Shown here piece after piece: positions 24,932 to 40,160 of a stretch of 64,000 nucleotides of DNA; within the stretch, counting starts at the first letter, position 1, and each line of letters opens with the position of its first letter. A program made the translations under genes and the position numbers. Source of the stretch: the human T2T-CHM13v2.0 reference genome, Homo sapiens. The stretch is from NCBI RefSeq assembly GCF_009914755.1, contig NC_060930.1; one strand, given 5' to 3'. The notes below the pieces were generated by a model. The model ran no database searches. It was given only the letters and a program-made list of their open reading frames with translations, and was not told the origin of the DNA.

Positions 24932-27329
24932 AATAAATGAAATCCAATCCATAGAAAACGATTTTTTTATAACAACTTGAGAGGAAGGAATATATTCTTT
25001 CTCGGTTCAAAACTTGACAGTCAACTATATCAAAGTCCTATATATTTCCAATCAAATTAACTTTGGTATAATAAGATTTAAACTGATTACAGAGAATTCT
25101 TAAAGGGTCATGAAAGAACAGTAAAGATGATTCAATGTTTTAAAAGACAACCCTTTAGGGGTTCCTTTAGGAAAGGTTTTAAAAGGATGCAGCGGAGAAG
25201 ATATGAAGAGAAAAAGATAATAGTTCTTAAATATTTATAGAATTATTGCAAAGAGTTTAAGAATCTACATCTCAATCAAAAATAAAAACTTAGGTTAAAT
25301 ACAAGTGATTCAGGCTAAAATTTGTAAAGACCGTTACATACTAAAATGGATAAAGTTAGGAAGATATGTTCATACTTTTCTGTGACATTAGAATTAAAGA
25401 AATGAAGTAGCTGACAAATCCCTGTCTTTCTCAGTCTGTACTGTAATTATTTCAAGATACTATATGGTGAGAGGAAAAGGCATAATAAATTCTACAGCTT
25501 AACTTTGCAGGAAAAACAGTCAACTTTACTTACACTGTGTTCAATCCCGTATGTGATAACTTGCTTGCTTTTTCTAAACTCCCTTTCAGTAAAGAAGGTG
25601 GCAAAGGTACCATATTTAATGGGACAGATGACAATTGTTTGAATATGACATAATAGAGAGGAAAACGAGACAATTTGAAATGAGGATTGAAAAACATAGA
25701 AATATCCATAGAATGATAAACTCCTATGCATAAAAAGCAACTGCATAAGTACCAAAGGCTTGCCAAATATCCATCCTACTCATCCTGCTTGAGTTAGCAA
25801 ATTCTATCAAATAGAATAATTACTTAGTCTCACATTTAGACTGGTATCTCAGGTTTCTTTCCAAACATTACAAATAACAGCAATGAAGTAAAGGGGAAAA
25901 AAGCACTTCTCACTGTTAAATGAAAATATATACATCCTATCCAGCATTTACTGGCAACGCAAAGAAAAAATATTTCCATTACTTAATGTCTAGGGAATGA
26001 CAGTTATATCCAGGGCCAATATAAACTGACTATGCAATGGGATCCAAGAGCGGAAATAGGAGAGACATTCTATGATGGAAGTGCACCAGAATGACTCCAT
26101 GCTTTTATGCAAGAAGTCAAAGGCATAAAGCACAAAAAACATTAATGAAGAAAAAGAGGATACGGTAGAATTCAATTACCTCTAAACATATAACACTTTA
26201 CTTAGACCATTAAGATTTGCCCCAATGTTCACATGAAATTTACCTGTGCTGGCTCAAGATCTCATGTCCCAAATCTTTAGGTAATCTCTATCATTAATAC
26301 AACTTTCATTAATCATATTGTTGTTGCTATAAACTTTCTAATAATTTCATTTATAATTTATTCTAAGAATTTTATTATTGTTTCTCTGATAAAACAGCAT
26401 TCTTGAAGAGCAATAGCTTCTTAGTTGAAGTTTTATTTTCAAGTTCCTTTCAAACTGCTACTAAAGTAAATCCTACAGCCTTGACTTAGCCTTTATCCAG
26501 AAGTCTTTCCCTTTGCTGATCTTTACATTGGAAGTCTACATTCTTGCAGATTAGTGTATCTAAACCCAAAACTAACTGATCAAACTATTCAATCAATCAG
26601 TCTCATTTCCTATTCTAATGTTTTGGAAAACTGACAGAGACTCACATGCATATGCTGAAAACTGTAGGAATAGGCCTATATAAACCTAAACAGAAAAACT
26701 GCTGTTTGTTCACAGGCCTTGTTGCCGGGTTTTTCCTTTTCAGAGAAAAGAAAATGTATCAACAGAAAAATATAAGCCATACAGACAGACTTGGTATACT
26801 GCCAAATACAGTTCAAGCAAATTCTTCTGATATGAGGCAGTTTTCCAAAGAATTTTCCAGGGGAGGTTGCTACTGCTGGGTACTAAGAAAACGATCCCTT
26901 CAATTCTACTCTATAAACCAAATAATGCCCATTTTCCCTCAGATCTAGATCACCTCTGCACAAATTCAAATTTATGCTACTACTGAAAATCTGTCACTAG
27001 TTTCCTTCAAGTCTAGCACGAGTGAGAAATATGTTTTCAAAAATTATAGCTGTACTATTATCATATCAATAAGACTTGGTTCAGAATAGAGTTCTCAGGG
27101 TACTTCCTTTGGGGTGTTGTGCCTGAATTCCAGTTCTCTCTGGTTTAGGGGCCCCTCCTGTATGATTCCATGGCACCCTATATTCTCTTATCATAGTGTT
27201 TATCACGCAATATTATAATTGCTTGTTTGTCTCCTCTGTTAGATCATATGCTTCATGCAACAAACCATTATGTCTATTGTATTCATTATTTTATTCCAAT
27301 GACCTAATACAGTGTCTAGCAAATAGTAG

Positions 27330-27540
27330 CTGAGGCATATTAAAGATGATCACAAATCCTTTGACACTTCTCCCGTAGAGAAGTGGGGTCGATGTCTTCT
27401 CCTTAATTTCAGACAGCCTCTGTAACTGCTTTGACCCATAAAATATGACAGAAGTAAGGCTGTGCCAGTTTCCAACCAATTCTTAAGAACTATCAGCTTC
27501 CACTTCCTCTCTCTTCAAACATTTACTCTTGGAACCCCAA
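27330..27540 (+). mobile_element. Old MaLR LTR fragment (MLT1H-like)
   Basis: AAAGATGATCACAAATCCTTTGACACTTCTCCCGTAGAGAAGTGGGGTC...GACAGAAGTAAGGCTGTGCCAGTTTCC. Confidence 0.55.
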
Positions 27541-28409
27541 GACTGACTGGGGTATGGTTTGAGAGACTTTCCTAGGACAACAAAAGCATCAACAGTTTTA
27601 ATTTAATCAATTTCTAGATATTTACCTTTCATATCTCTCTTTCCTAAATTTGATCTGCCAAGACCTAGTGTGGTTCTCCAAGATTGATCCACTCATGTGG
27701 ATTCTCCATTCCCTAGCTGCTTTAATACTAGACTTTCTTCTCTCTTACAAAAGAAAGACACCAAATTATCTATCTCAAGTTGCTATTGGCATTGTCCCGA
27801 GGTGTAAAAACCTTTGGGATTTTACTGGATTTGGTGAGGTAACTTACACGACCAGGTAAGGCCTGCTAACGTGTGCTTTATCTGGTTTTTCACATATTCC
27901 TGTTACAGGTAAACTCTAACACTAGAATGAGGGTATTTTTAGTTCTGAATTCAGACAATGTAGAGTAGACCAGTGGGAGATGGCTTCACTGTTGAGGGAG
28001 ACACTCATGAAAGTAAGGCAAAAGAACCATATGTTGAAAATGGCTTTTTCCCTCACATATTTGACAAAAAGCATACATTTCCAGCTATTCACAATGGTTA
28101 TGCTATGTCCACCGGAAAGAAAGAAATATTCAAACAGCTGAAATAAGTAAATGTTTAGTGATGTTGAATGTTTTAACATAAATAGAATACTTTCCAAAAC
28201 TACTAAATATTCCCAGATATACTGGCTAAAACCTGCAGATAAAAATTTCATGTTATTTTCATTCAAATAAAAGTTCCATCCTTCAGTTAGATATTAGATA
28301 ACACTTTATTAAATTCGAGCATTTATTCCTGTTAAATAACCCTCATATTAATTTATTTTATCAAATGTTTCATATTTCCTGTATCTTTGTCCAAAGGCCA
28401 AATTATTGA

Positions 28410-28723
<314 letters not shown>

Positions 28724-28800
28724 AGCAATGTGTATTTTTATCTTTCATTAAATACATAGAAAGTTTGATCATTATATTTAACAAAATTAATTTGTTAAAT

Positions 28801-31120
28801 TTATTTTAATTTAAATTTTATTTTACTTTAGGATCTGGGATACATGTGTACAGAACATGCAGGTTTGTTACATAGGTAAATGTGTGCCACGGTGGCTTGC
28901 TGCATCTATCGACCTGTCATCTAGGTATTAAGCCCTGCATGCACTAGCTATTTGTCCTGATCTCCTTCCCCTCACCCCCCACAGGCCCTGGTGTGTGTTG
29001 TTCCCCTCCCTGTGTCCATGTGTTCTCATTGTTCAACTCCTACTTATAAATGAGAATATGCGGTGTTTGGTTTTCTGTTCCTGTGTTAGTTTGCTGAGGA
29101 TGATGGCTTCCAGCTTCATCCATGTCCCTGAAAAGGCCATTATCTCATTCGTTTTTATGGCTGCATACTATTCCATGGTGTAATATGTACCACATTTTCA
29201 TTATCCAGTCTATCATTGATGACCATTTGGGTTGGGTCATTGATGACCATAGTGCTGCAATAAACATATGTGTGCATGTATCTTTATAATAGAATGATTT
29301 ATATTCCTTTAGGTATATATCCAGAAAAGGGATTGCTGGGTCAAATGGTATTTCTGGTTCTAGACCTTGGAGGAATCACCACACTGTCTTCCATAATGGT
29401 TGAACTAATTTACATTCCCACGAACAATGTAAAAGCATTCCTATTTCTCCACAGCCTCACCAGCATCTCTTGTTTCTTGACTTTTTAATAATCACCATTC
29501 TGACAGGTGTGAGGTAGTTTCTTATTGTGGTTTTGATTTGCATTTCTCTAACAATCAGTGATGTTGAGCTTTTTTCATATGTTTGTTGGCCACATAAATG
29601 TCTTCCTTTGAGAAGTGTCTGTTCACGTCCTTTGCCCACTTTTTGATGGGGTTGTTTGTTTTTTTCTTGTAAATTTAAGTTTCTTGTAAATTCTGGATAT
29701 TAGACCTTTGTCAGATGGTAGATTGCAAAAATTTTCTCCCATTCTGGAGGTTGCCTGTTCATTCTGATGACAGTTTCTTTTGCTGTGCAGAAGCTCTTTA
29801 GTTTAAGTAGATCCCATTTGTCAATTTTAGCAATGTTGCAATTGCTTTTGGCAATTTCATCATAAAATCTTTGCACATGCCTATGTCCTGAATGGTATTA
29901 CCTAGATTTTCTTCTAGAGTTTTCATGGTTTTTGGTTTTACATTTAAGTATTTCAGCCATCTTGAGATAATTTTTGTGTAAGGTATAAGGAAGGGGTCCA
30001 GTTTCAGTTTTCTGCATATGGGTACCCAGTTTTCCCAGCACCATTTATTAAATAGGAATTCCTTTCCCCATTGCTTGTTTTTGTCAGGTTTGTCAAAGAT
30101 CAGATAGTTAGAGATGTGTGGTCTTATTTCTGAGGTCTCTATTCTGTTCCATTGGTCTATGTGTCTGTTTTGGTACTAGCACTATGCTGTTGTTGTTACC
30201 ATAGCCTTGTAGCATAGTTTGAAGTCAGGTAGCATGAGGCCTCTGGCTTCATTCTTTTTGCTTGGGATTGCCTTGGCTATATGGGGTCTTCTTTGATTCC
30301 ATATGAAATTTAAAGTAGTTTTTCTAATTCTGTGAAGAATGTCAATGGTAGTTTGATGGGAATAGCATTGAATCTATAAATTACTTTGGGCAGTATGGCC
30401 ATTTTCACAATATTGATTCTTCCTATCCATGAGGATGGAATGTTTTTCCATTTGTTTGTGTCCTCTCTTATCTCCTCGAGCAGTGGTTTGTAGTTCTCCT
30501 TGAAGAGGTCCTTCGCATCCCTTGTTAGCTGTATTCCCGGGTATTTTATTCTTTGTAGCAATTGTGAATGGGAGTTAATTCATGATTTGGCTCTCTGCTT
30601 GTCTATTGTTGGTGTATAGGAATGCTTGTGATTTTTGCACATTGATTTGGTATCCTGAGACTTTGCTGCAGTTGCTTACCAGCTTAAGGAACTTTTGGGC
30701 TGAGACCTTGGGGTTTTCTAGATATAGGATCATGTCATCTGCAAACAGAGACAGTTTGACTTCCTCTCTTCTTATCTGAATACCTTTTATTTCTTTCTCT
30801 TTCCTGATTGCCCTGGCCAGAACTTCCAATACTATGTTGAATAGGAGTGGTTACAGTGGGCATCCTTGTCTCATGCCAGTTTTCAAAGGGAATGCTTCCA
30901 GCTTTTGTGCATTCAGTATGATAATGGCTGTGGGTGTGTCATAAATGGCTCTTATTATTTTGAGATATGTTCCATCAATACTTAGTTTGTTGAGAGTTTT
31001 TAACAGGAAGAGATGTTGCATTTTATCAAAGGCCTTTTCTGCATCTATTGAAATAATCATGTGGTTTTTGTCATTGTTTCTGTTTATGTAATGGATTACA
31101 TTAATTGAATTGTGTATGTT
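28801..31120 (-). mobile_element. 5'-truncated L1PA (PA8-PA10-like), partial ORF2 plus 3' UTR
   Basis: ORF2 RT fragments [16 protein letters not shown] and [14 protein letters not shown]; L1PA 3' UTR. Confidence 0.95.
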
Positions 31121-31389
31121 ATTTCTAAATGCCCAACACCAGAACTTAATATATGCATACATACGTACTTCCAAGTAATATCATACTTGGAAGTGTTTCA
31201 TACTCTCTAGTTCATAAATAACTTGTAGTTTCTGCTATATATTATACTGCTTTATTACAAATTAACAAATGAGAAACAATTATCTTGTTTTATAATTTTT
31301 AAATAGATAAATCATTTAATTATATCTGCATCATGTTAATCTTGACATTATGATTTTTATTAATCATATAAGCTGTGTTCTATAAATTA

Positions 31390-32031
<642 letters not shown>

Positions 32032-32612
32032 AAAAGAAATATTAACACATTTTGATTGAAAAATGAAGTCAGAATTTTTCTGGCAGAAAGTAAGTCTAAT
32101 TCACCTGTAAGATTTGATAAAGAGGACTGTTTGGGCCAATGAGGTTACATGGCAAGTATTTTCCAATACATCAAGGAATGAAATCTGTAACTTCAAGTTT
32201 ATGACAAAAGTGTAAGATACACACATTTCATACTGAAAAAGTTTATACTGTGGAAATGTATCAAAACTAATATTTTAATTTTCCCAACCCTTTATAAGTA
32301 TCTCAGATTAAATGACTTTAAGTGAAAAAATAACAGATATTAGACCATTTGAAAAATCTTGGTAAAGACTTTTGGAGACAGTTTTCAGAAATTTAAAAAG
32401 TGATGATTATGATGATGGGGTAACAAATCCTTTTGAAATTCAAGTGGCTTCTAATTCTTTGCTTTCAACAATTTTGAAGGAGAATATAATCTAGTTGTCA
32501 ACTGGCACATCAATTAAAAATAAGTTTCCATAATATATCTCTACATGTTTTTTGGCACATGACTTGGAAACAGTTCTAAGAATTAAGTGACACTGCTAAA
32601 CAAAACTCTTTG
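32032..32612 (+). mobile_element. hAT/Charlie-type transposase fossil
   Basis: Hand translation with frameshifts gives LKNEVRIFLAE...F.KEDCLGQ*GYMASIF...NL*LQ, GVTNPF and LKENII*LST...FW...ELSDTA, matching the Charlie/ZBED5-like C-terminal pattern. Confidence 0.55.
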
Positions 32613-35269
32613 ACATTTAGTAATAAGAAAGAAAAAAACAACTTTCTATCAAAAATGTCTTTTCAGAAAGAGGAATGATAATCATCTGGCATTGATGAAA
32701 TTACCAGTCACTCTCAAACATGCAATTGCAGACTTGAGAGCATAGTTTTTGGAAATACTTAAATTTAACCCAATATTTGGCAGCATACTGGCAATCAAAA
32801 TAACTTAAACTTTTAAACTCCCAAATATATAATATAATAATTTAATTTAAAAGGGAGAGGTACTAGGTTGGTAAATAATTATTTGAAAAAAAATGTATAT
32901 GAAGCCTTTGGGATCTCAGCCTTCAGATTTCCCCAAGATCTTGCTAATTAACTATGTTCATAGCTGGGAAGGCAAAGGGATTGGTGTTTAGAAAGTATTT
33001 TTAAAAAACAAAGACTCAAATTATGGTTTTAGTTTGTGATCTTTTTTTTCCATTTAAACTAAAATAAATTGCTAGTGGATTCAAATAAATTTAAAAAGGT
33101 TTGAGGCAATAATTAATAAAGTCACAGATTCAGTAAAATCATGAAATTATTCAAACCATAGAAAAATGAGAGGAACCACAGAGATCCAGAAGACAGGCAA
33201 GATTTACTCTGTTTTCTCTGAGCTGCAGTAAGGTGCCCCATACCCAGGGGAGGAAGAAAGTGTGAGACTCTGCTAAAGTGGGTCAGATTATTTTTTTTAA
33301 AGGACACGAGCCCTCCACTGAGCCTAGGAGGAACTCAAGGGCTAACAACTATCTAAAATGTGTGTTTGCAAGACTCATTCATTAAAAATAATTAATACAA
33401 TGGGGGGGTGGGGAAAAGACAGGAAAAAGATGTTCTAAAGAAAACTACTATAATTGAGCATAAAATAGTATATAGGCAAAGCTCAATAGGAAAAACTGAA
33501 TTAGTTCTCAATTCTAGCAAGAGAGAAAGAAGAAAAAAAGGCATTTCTTTGATTTTGAGAGGAATTTATCAAATGGGTCTTTATATAAAGCACATTGAAC
33601 AACATTGTAGACATTGTTTCTAACCACAGTTTCAATGAAAGATATAAAAGAATTTTCTCTACTTGGTATTTTTTTCTCATATAGACCCTGACAAAAACTA
33701 GATACAATGAAAGTTACATATGCCTGTAAATCAGGTTGAATGAGTCAGAAATAATCTTTGCCGAAGACAGTTTGCTATATTGTTAAAGTATCAAACTAGA
33801 AGGTATCTTCTTTATTCAGATATTTATATTTGTCCATTGATTGGAGAAGACATGAGAGGGAAGGTTTTTTCTTTCTTCCTCTTTTTTTTTTTTTTTTAAC
33901 CAATTCAATGTGGCAGTTAGCAGATACTTGGACAACAGAAATCCTTCATGTAACTCTCAAACTGACTGAACTGGCTTAATACATAAATGAGACTTTCAGC
34001 AACTTGTTCATCTGTTTTCCAACCACAAGGAATTCTTCCTACCATAGTCATTAGTGGTTTTCTCTGGGTACAAACTAAAGAAGACTGCCCTCTGGGATTG
34101 CTTGAGGTTTTTGTTTTGTATTGTTTTCTAGCATGTACCTCATTTCCAAATAAAAGCAAGAAGAAAACAGTTCAATATATTCTTTGGCATTGCTCATGAT
34201 GGTTACTTATTTATTATAGAAATGCTCTAATTACTTCCTTATTTTCAACACTAATAAAATGAATTTCATTAGTGTAACTTTTCACATTTTAAAATAAACT
34301 CTGCTCTATTTTGTTGCATGAGAAATAATGAAAAGTAATAAAGAAACCATACTACCATCTCCAAGACTTTAACAGTCACATGTTAGGAATGTCTTATAAC
34401 TGCAAGATAAGTCACAAGCTAAATTTGGTAAAGAAATAATCTTTGCAAAAAGAAATCTACAACATCAGTATCTTATTTATCTTACTAGAAAAATTAGTGA
34501 CCTCATCTGCTCATGTGAAAAAGAAAGAACTCCCCAATATAAAATAGATTGTTTTCTGGGTGAGGACTTTCTTGAGAAACTTTATATAGTTTAAATTATC
34601 ACTTAGATTTAACACTTTCCACCTGTCTTCAGAAATACTTGTATTTCCTTTAAGGTACTAAATATGATATACTAGTCGTGAGACAGAATAACATAATAGC
34701 TTCCTTTGCATTCTATGAATGCTTGTAAACACCGTTTTCAGTAATTTTTATATGAATCTTGATTTGTTAGTGTCTTAGAAATATCTTCATTAATGATATT
34801 TATAATACATAATTTACATTTGCTTGGTTTTTTGAAATCCAGTTCTTAAAATTATTTTTTTAGTTGATGAGTCAGATGACATCCATCCTTTTCCATTATT
34901 ATATATTACTAAATACATGTTATAACATTAAACCAATTATGTTCCAATGATAATTTCTGTAATCACGTTTCAAACTAAGTTTCAATACGTAGAAACTTCT
35001 GCTTTATAAGAAAGAATTTGATATTTGAGAACTGTACGTACATTTGAATTGTAGATAAATCAGTTTTTAAGTTCTATATACCTCTTGTCAAAAGAAAGGT
35101 TTAAGAGGGAACATTTTACTTAAACAAAGTAACAATACTCATTTTACAGAAGAGGAAACTAAAGTTCAGATGAGACATTTAGTAAGAAGAAATGGAGGGA
35201 TTCAAACCAACCCTCTTCAGGTCCAAAGCACATACAAGGCTGGCAATGTTTGTCATAGTTTATTGCCCA

Positions 35270-36200
35270 TTTATTCACTTAACAAAAATTGCTAATTCTA
35301 CTAAGTTCAGGGGTATAGCTGAAAGATACAGAGTTGCTACCCTCAAGAAAAAAATCAGTCAGTAGATAGAAAAGAAAGTCAGTTACTACACCATCAATAT
35401 GAAATAGATTGTGAAAATGCCCAGGGGATTTCGAGGGCATTCAACTTGGGGTAGGGACATGAGTGGGAGGAATAGGAAAGAGATGACAGAGAAGCAGGCA
35501 AAGAAGTCAAATTACAAAAATCCTTGAATATCATGCTAAAGAGTTTGAATTTTATCATGGGGGAAATGGGGAGCCATTCAGTTATTTTAGTCAGGAGAAT
35601 GACATAATTAGATATATCTTTTTGAAAATCCACTCCCTTTTGACAGTCTTCAAGGGTAAATATGCAGTAGTAGTCCAGGAAAGAAACAAGAAGAACCTAG
35701 CTAAAAAAAAGTGGCAATGGGGATTGAAAGGACAAAAGAGACTCAATAGATAATTAAGGGATACAATTTCTAATGCTCAAAAAGGGAAAGGAAGGGGAAA
35801 AAATCCTGATTATCTCTGAGGTGTTTGCTTTAGTAACTGAATGAATGATGTTGCACCTTACAATGTTAGAAAACCTGGGAGCCTGGGATGTTAGGCTGGG
35901 GAGTGGGTAAGTGGAAGTAGTTGTTTGCCATATTAAGATGAGCTACTTAGTAGTTGAAAATACGAGTAATAATCTTAGGAAAAGAAATCTAGGCTACAAA
36001 TATTGACTTGGAAATTCTCCAATTACATGTGACTAAGAGAATATATAGAATAAAAAGAAAATAGAACCCAGAATAAAACCTTGGCAAGAACCAACATTTT
36101 AGTGGGTGGAATGGATCACTGCAGTTAGCTGAACAGATTAAGAAGGAAATAATTGAAGAAAGGAAATGTATTAGATATAGTTCATGGAAATAAAAAGCTG
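35270..36200. mobile_element. L2 remnant
   Basis: L2-like text AAAGAGTTTGAATTTTATC...GGGGAGCCATT...AGGAGAATGACATAATTAGAT. Confidence 0.55.
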
Positions 36201-36606
36201 AACCAATGAATTCATGGGGAACATGGAGAGAAATATCTGAGATAAGGAGGATAAGGCTGCAGAGTGTTTACATTCTTGTAACTGCAAGAGTGAGATGAGC
36301 CAAAAACACAGCTGGAATGAAACACTGAGGAGCAGAAGGCCCAGCCGAAATTGAACTGTGCAGGCAGAATTATAGCACTCCACCCCCACATTAATAATAT
36401 TTTAATTAAAAAATAGGTGCACAGAAATGAAATGAACAATACTTACTGGCTTCATAGAACATGATCTAATTGGCTCTTCTGGGAGGGCAAGAAAGGATTG
36501 GTTCAGGATGGATTTGTACAGTGAGTAAAGGACAAGATAGTGAGGTGATTGACTTGGGCTATAAATAAAATGAACTATATTAAGCCTGCAAGCTTAAGAA
36601 ATTCTT

Positions 36607-36685
36607 TTTTTTTTTTTTTGAGACGGAGTCTCGCTCTGTTGCCCAGGCTGGAGTGCAGTGGTGCAATCTCAGCTTACTGCAAGCT
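36607..36685 (-). mobile_element. Severely 5'-truncated AluY-like insertion
   Basis: Poly(T)-GAGACGGAGTCTCGC...ACTGCAAGCT (AluY diagnostic); flanking 21-bp direct repeats. Confidence 0.88.
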
Positions 36686-38021
36686 TGAGAAAGTCTTATG
36701 TACAGGAGACCTTCTTATCTCCAGCTGATGTATTTAGAGTCTGTGTATATACCTACATGCTGTGTGTCCATATCCCTATCACCTCACCTACCTATAGCCA
36801 TCAGTACAGGACTACAAGACTGTGGAATTATTCCCATGTGAACTGGTTGCTGCTATTGGCAACTCTGTTAGCTTACAGCTTTTCTTGATTTCCTTGCTCC
36901 ATATCTTAAGAGGATCAAGTGCATTCAAAGCAATTAAGAATTGGAAAGGGATCCAATACTGCAAGTCTTCTTAGTGCCCTTTCCATTCCATTCTAGCTCT
37001 CATTTCTAATATTTTATCCACATGGCAGCCAGAGTAATCTTTTAAAACTTTAGTTAGATGCTGTCTACTTTGAATATTCAATGGCTTTTTAAATGGATTA
37101 AGCTTTATAATGAAACTCTATCATGACCCACACACCCTGCATGAGACTGCTGTCTACCTCAAACTTCATCTCATGCCACCTCCCCAGTCCCAGATCTTTT
37201 GAACAAGCTATCCCCTCAGGCTCAAAGGTTTTTATTTTTTCCTTTTTTTTTTCCCTGATTTTCACAAGCTGCTTCCTTATCCTTCAAGCGGCAGCCTAAA
37301 CTATCTCCTTACAGGCACTTCCCTAACTATACTGTGAAAGGAAATCCCCTGTTATTGTTTATCATTGTCCTCTGTTCATTTCCTTCATAACACAAACAGT
37401 ACTCATGTATTTCTTTGTTCACTTGAATATTACCTGTAAATTCCACAAATGCAGAAATTAAGTCTTTATTTACCTATTCTCAATGCTTGGTAAAGTGCCT
37501 GGCATGCAGTGGACGCTCAATAAATTTCTGGTAAAGGAAGGAAGGAGAAGGGAAATAATAAGCATAGTCAATAATTTAAAAGACTGTAAAGAAATGGCAA
37601 GGTTGGGAAGAAAAAGCAAGAATCTTCCGGAAGAATTGAATGGTCAATAATATTATCTGACAATTTCTAAAATTAGGTTTAAATGTTAAATTACTATAAT
37701 TAATCCAGTCAGTATTAGGAACTTTTAAAAGTGAAACCATAGTAGAGCAATATTCCTAAGAAATATCTGCTAGAATTAAGCTCCTCTGAAAAGCAATATA
37801 TGAAACTCTTCACAAGTAAACACTCCAGTATTTGAGAAAATAATCTTAATTAACAAACATAATACATCATTTTACCTTTTGAAAATCAGAACACATATTA
37901 ATCAATAGGGAAAGGTCCAAGGAGCTACATGATAAGAGTGCTGCTTCTCTGAGCAACTCAGAGTAGAGTTGGAAAACATAATCAATCTAAGATAAGAAGA
38001 CTCAAGATTGGTCTAGGAATA

Positions 38022-38411
38022 TGTATTGGCTATTTTCATGTGTCAACCTAGCTAGGCATAGTACCCAGATGTTTGGTCAAACATTCTAAATGTTTCCATG
38101 AAGGTAGTTTTTAGATGATACTAATATTTAAATCAGTAGATTCTGAATAAAACAGATTACCTTCCACAATGTGTATGGGCCTCATCCAGTCAGCTGAAAT
38201 CTTATTAAAAAAGACTGACCTCCCCCGAAAAAGAGGAAATTCTGCCAGCAGACTGTCTTCAGACTCAAACTGCAGATTTTAGACTTGCGAGCCTCATGGG
38301 ACAACTCCTTAAAATGTATACACACATACATATACACACATATACATACATACATACACACACACATATATACTATTGGTTTTTTTTCTCTGGAGGACTC
38401 TTACTAATGCA
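38022..38411 (+). mobile_element. Solo ERV-L LTR (MLT2D-like) with (CA/TA)n tract
   Basis: TG...CA ends; TGTGTCAACCTAGCTAGG, TTTGGTCAAACATTCT, CAGATTACCTTCCACAATG; similar to 61844-62249. Confidence 0.8.
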
Positions 38412-39177
38412 AAGTATTAGGAGGAAGAAAACAAGTTCAAGCCCCAACTCTGGCACTTACTATCTGGTGATACTTTCCTCTGAATGATTGTTTTACATTA
38501 TAAAATGAGCAGGTTTTAAAAATCAACAAATAGCAAATGTTACTGACTCAATCTCTACATATCACAGCTCAACTATTGTTTCCAAATAAATGTGGACTCA
38601 AAATGTACAGAAAATAATTTTATATAACCTCTTCTTCATTTATTCACTTTAAAACTAGTACAAGCACCCAATTAATTAAGTATAAATAGACTGTTGTTCT
38701 GATAAACTCCAAAGTACTTTTCATGGTAAAAAGCACTGGAAAGAATCCTAAGGTAACACTGATCTCATCAGGCAGATGGCATTTATTTGGCACGTTGACA
38801 ATAAAAATGAACTTATTTAAAGAGGGAAATAATATACTTGCACATTTTCAGCTTTTAAAATAAATTACCTCATTTCATAGTGAAAATGTTTTATTTCACA
38901 AGGCAGCACTATTTTTGTAAAATATGATATTCTCCAAATTATTATAAATGCCATTAATTCAGCCACCAATCATATTAAGATCAGGGTTTATACTGTTAAA
39001 TGAGAAACTTCTTTGCTTAGAAAAAAATAAAATTTGATATCCTTAAGGATTTAAGTAGATAACATTTAATTTGGAATCCTTCTATCAACTATTTTATAAA
39101 TTTTACCATAGCAAAGATAAAATATTATTACAAAATATACAATAAAACATATAGTATTGAGTTAAAATTGACAATTT

Positions 39178-40160
39178 GCTGCACCCATGTTGCTGCAAAG
39201 TACATGATTTCATTCTTTTTATGGCTGTGTAGTATTCTATGTGTATACGCACCACATTTTCTTTATCCAATCCACTGCTGGTGGGCATCTAGGTTGATTC
39301 CATGTCTTTGCTATTGTGAATAATGCTACAACGAACATACCAGTGCATGTGTCTTTTTGGTCGAATGGTTTATTTTCCTTTGGGTATATACCCAATAATG
39401 GGATTGCTGGGTTGAATGGTAGTTCAGTTTTCAGTTATTTGAGAAATCTCCAAACTGCTTTCTACAGTGGCTAAAATAATTTACATTCCCACCAGCAGTG
39501 TACGAGCATTTCTTTTCTTTGTAACCTCACCAACATCTGATTTTTTTTAACTTTTTAATAATAGTCATTGTGACTGGTGTGAGATGGTATCTCACTGTGG
39601 TTTTGATTTGCACTTCTCTGATGATTACTGATGTTGAACAGTTTTTCATGTCTTCTTTTGAGAAGTGTCTGTTTTTTGCCCACTTTTTAATGGGATTGTT
39701 TGGTTTTTGCTTGTAAATTTAAGTTCCTTATATTAATAGATTCTGGATATTAGAGCTTTGTCAGATGCATAGTTTGTGAATATTTTCTCCCAATCTGTAG
39801 GTTGTCTGTTTATTCTTTTAATAGTTTCTTTTGCTGTGCAGAAGCTCTTTAATTAGGGTCCTTTTTTCGTTTTTGTTGCAGTTGCTTTTGGGAACTTAGT
39901 CATAAATTATTTGCCAAGGCCAATGTCCAGAATGGTATTTCTTAAGTTTTCTTCTAGTGTTTTATAGTTTTAGGTTTTACATTTAAGCCTTTAATCTATC
40001 TTGAGTTAATTGTGAAAGGAAGGGATTCTGTTTCAATATTCTACATGTTGCTAGCCAGTTATCCTAGCACCATTTATTGAATAGGGAGTCCTTTCTCCAT
40101 TGTTTGTTATTGTTGACTTTGTCAAAGATGACCTGGTTGTGGGTATGTGGCTTTACACCT
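39178..40160 (-). mobile_element. Older L1P (L1PA15/PB-like) ORF2 3' fragment
   Basis: CCATGTTGCTGCAAAGTACATGATTTCATTCTTTTTATGGCTG...; homologous to 29100-30130. Confidence 0.88.
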
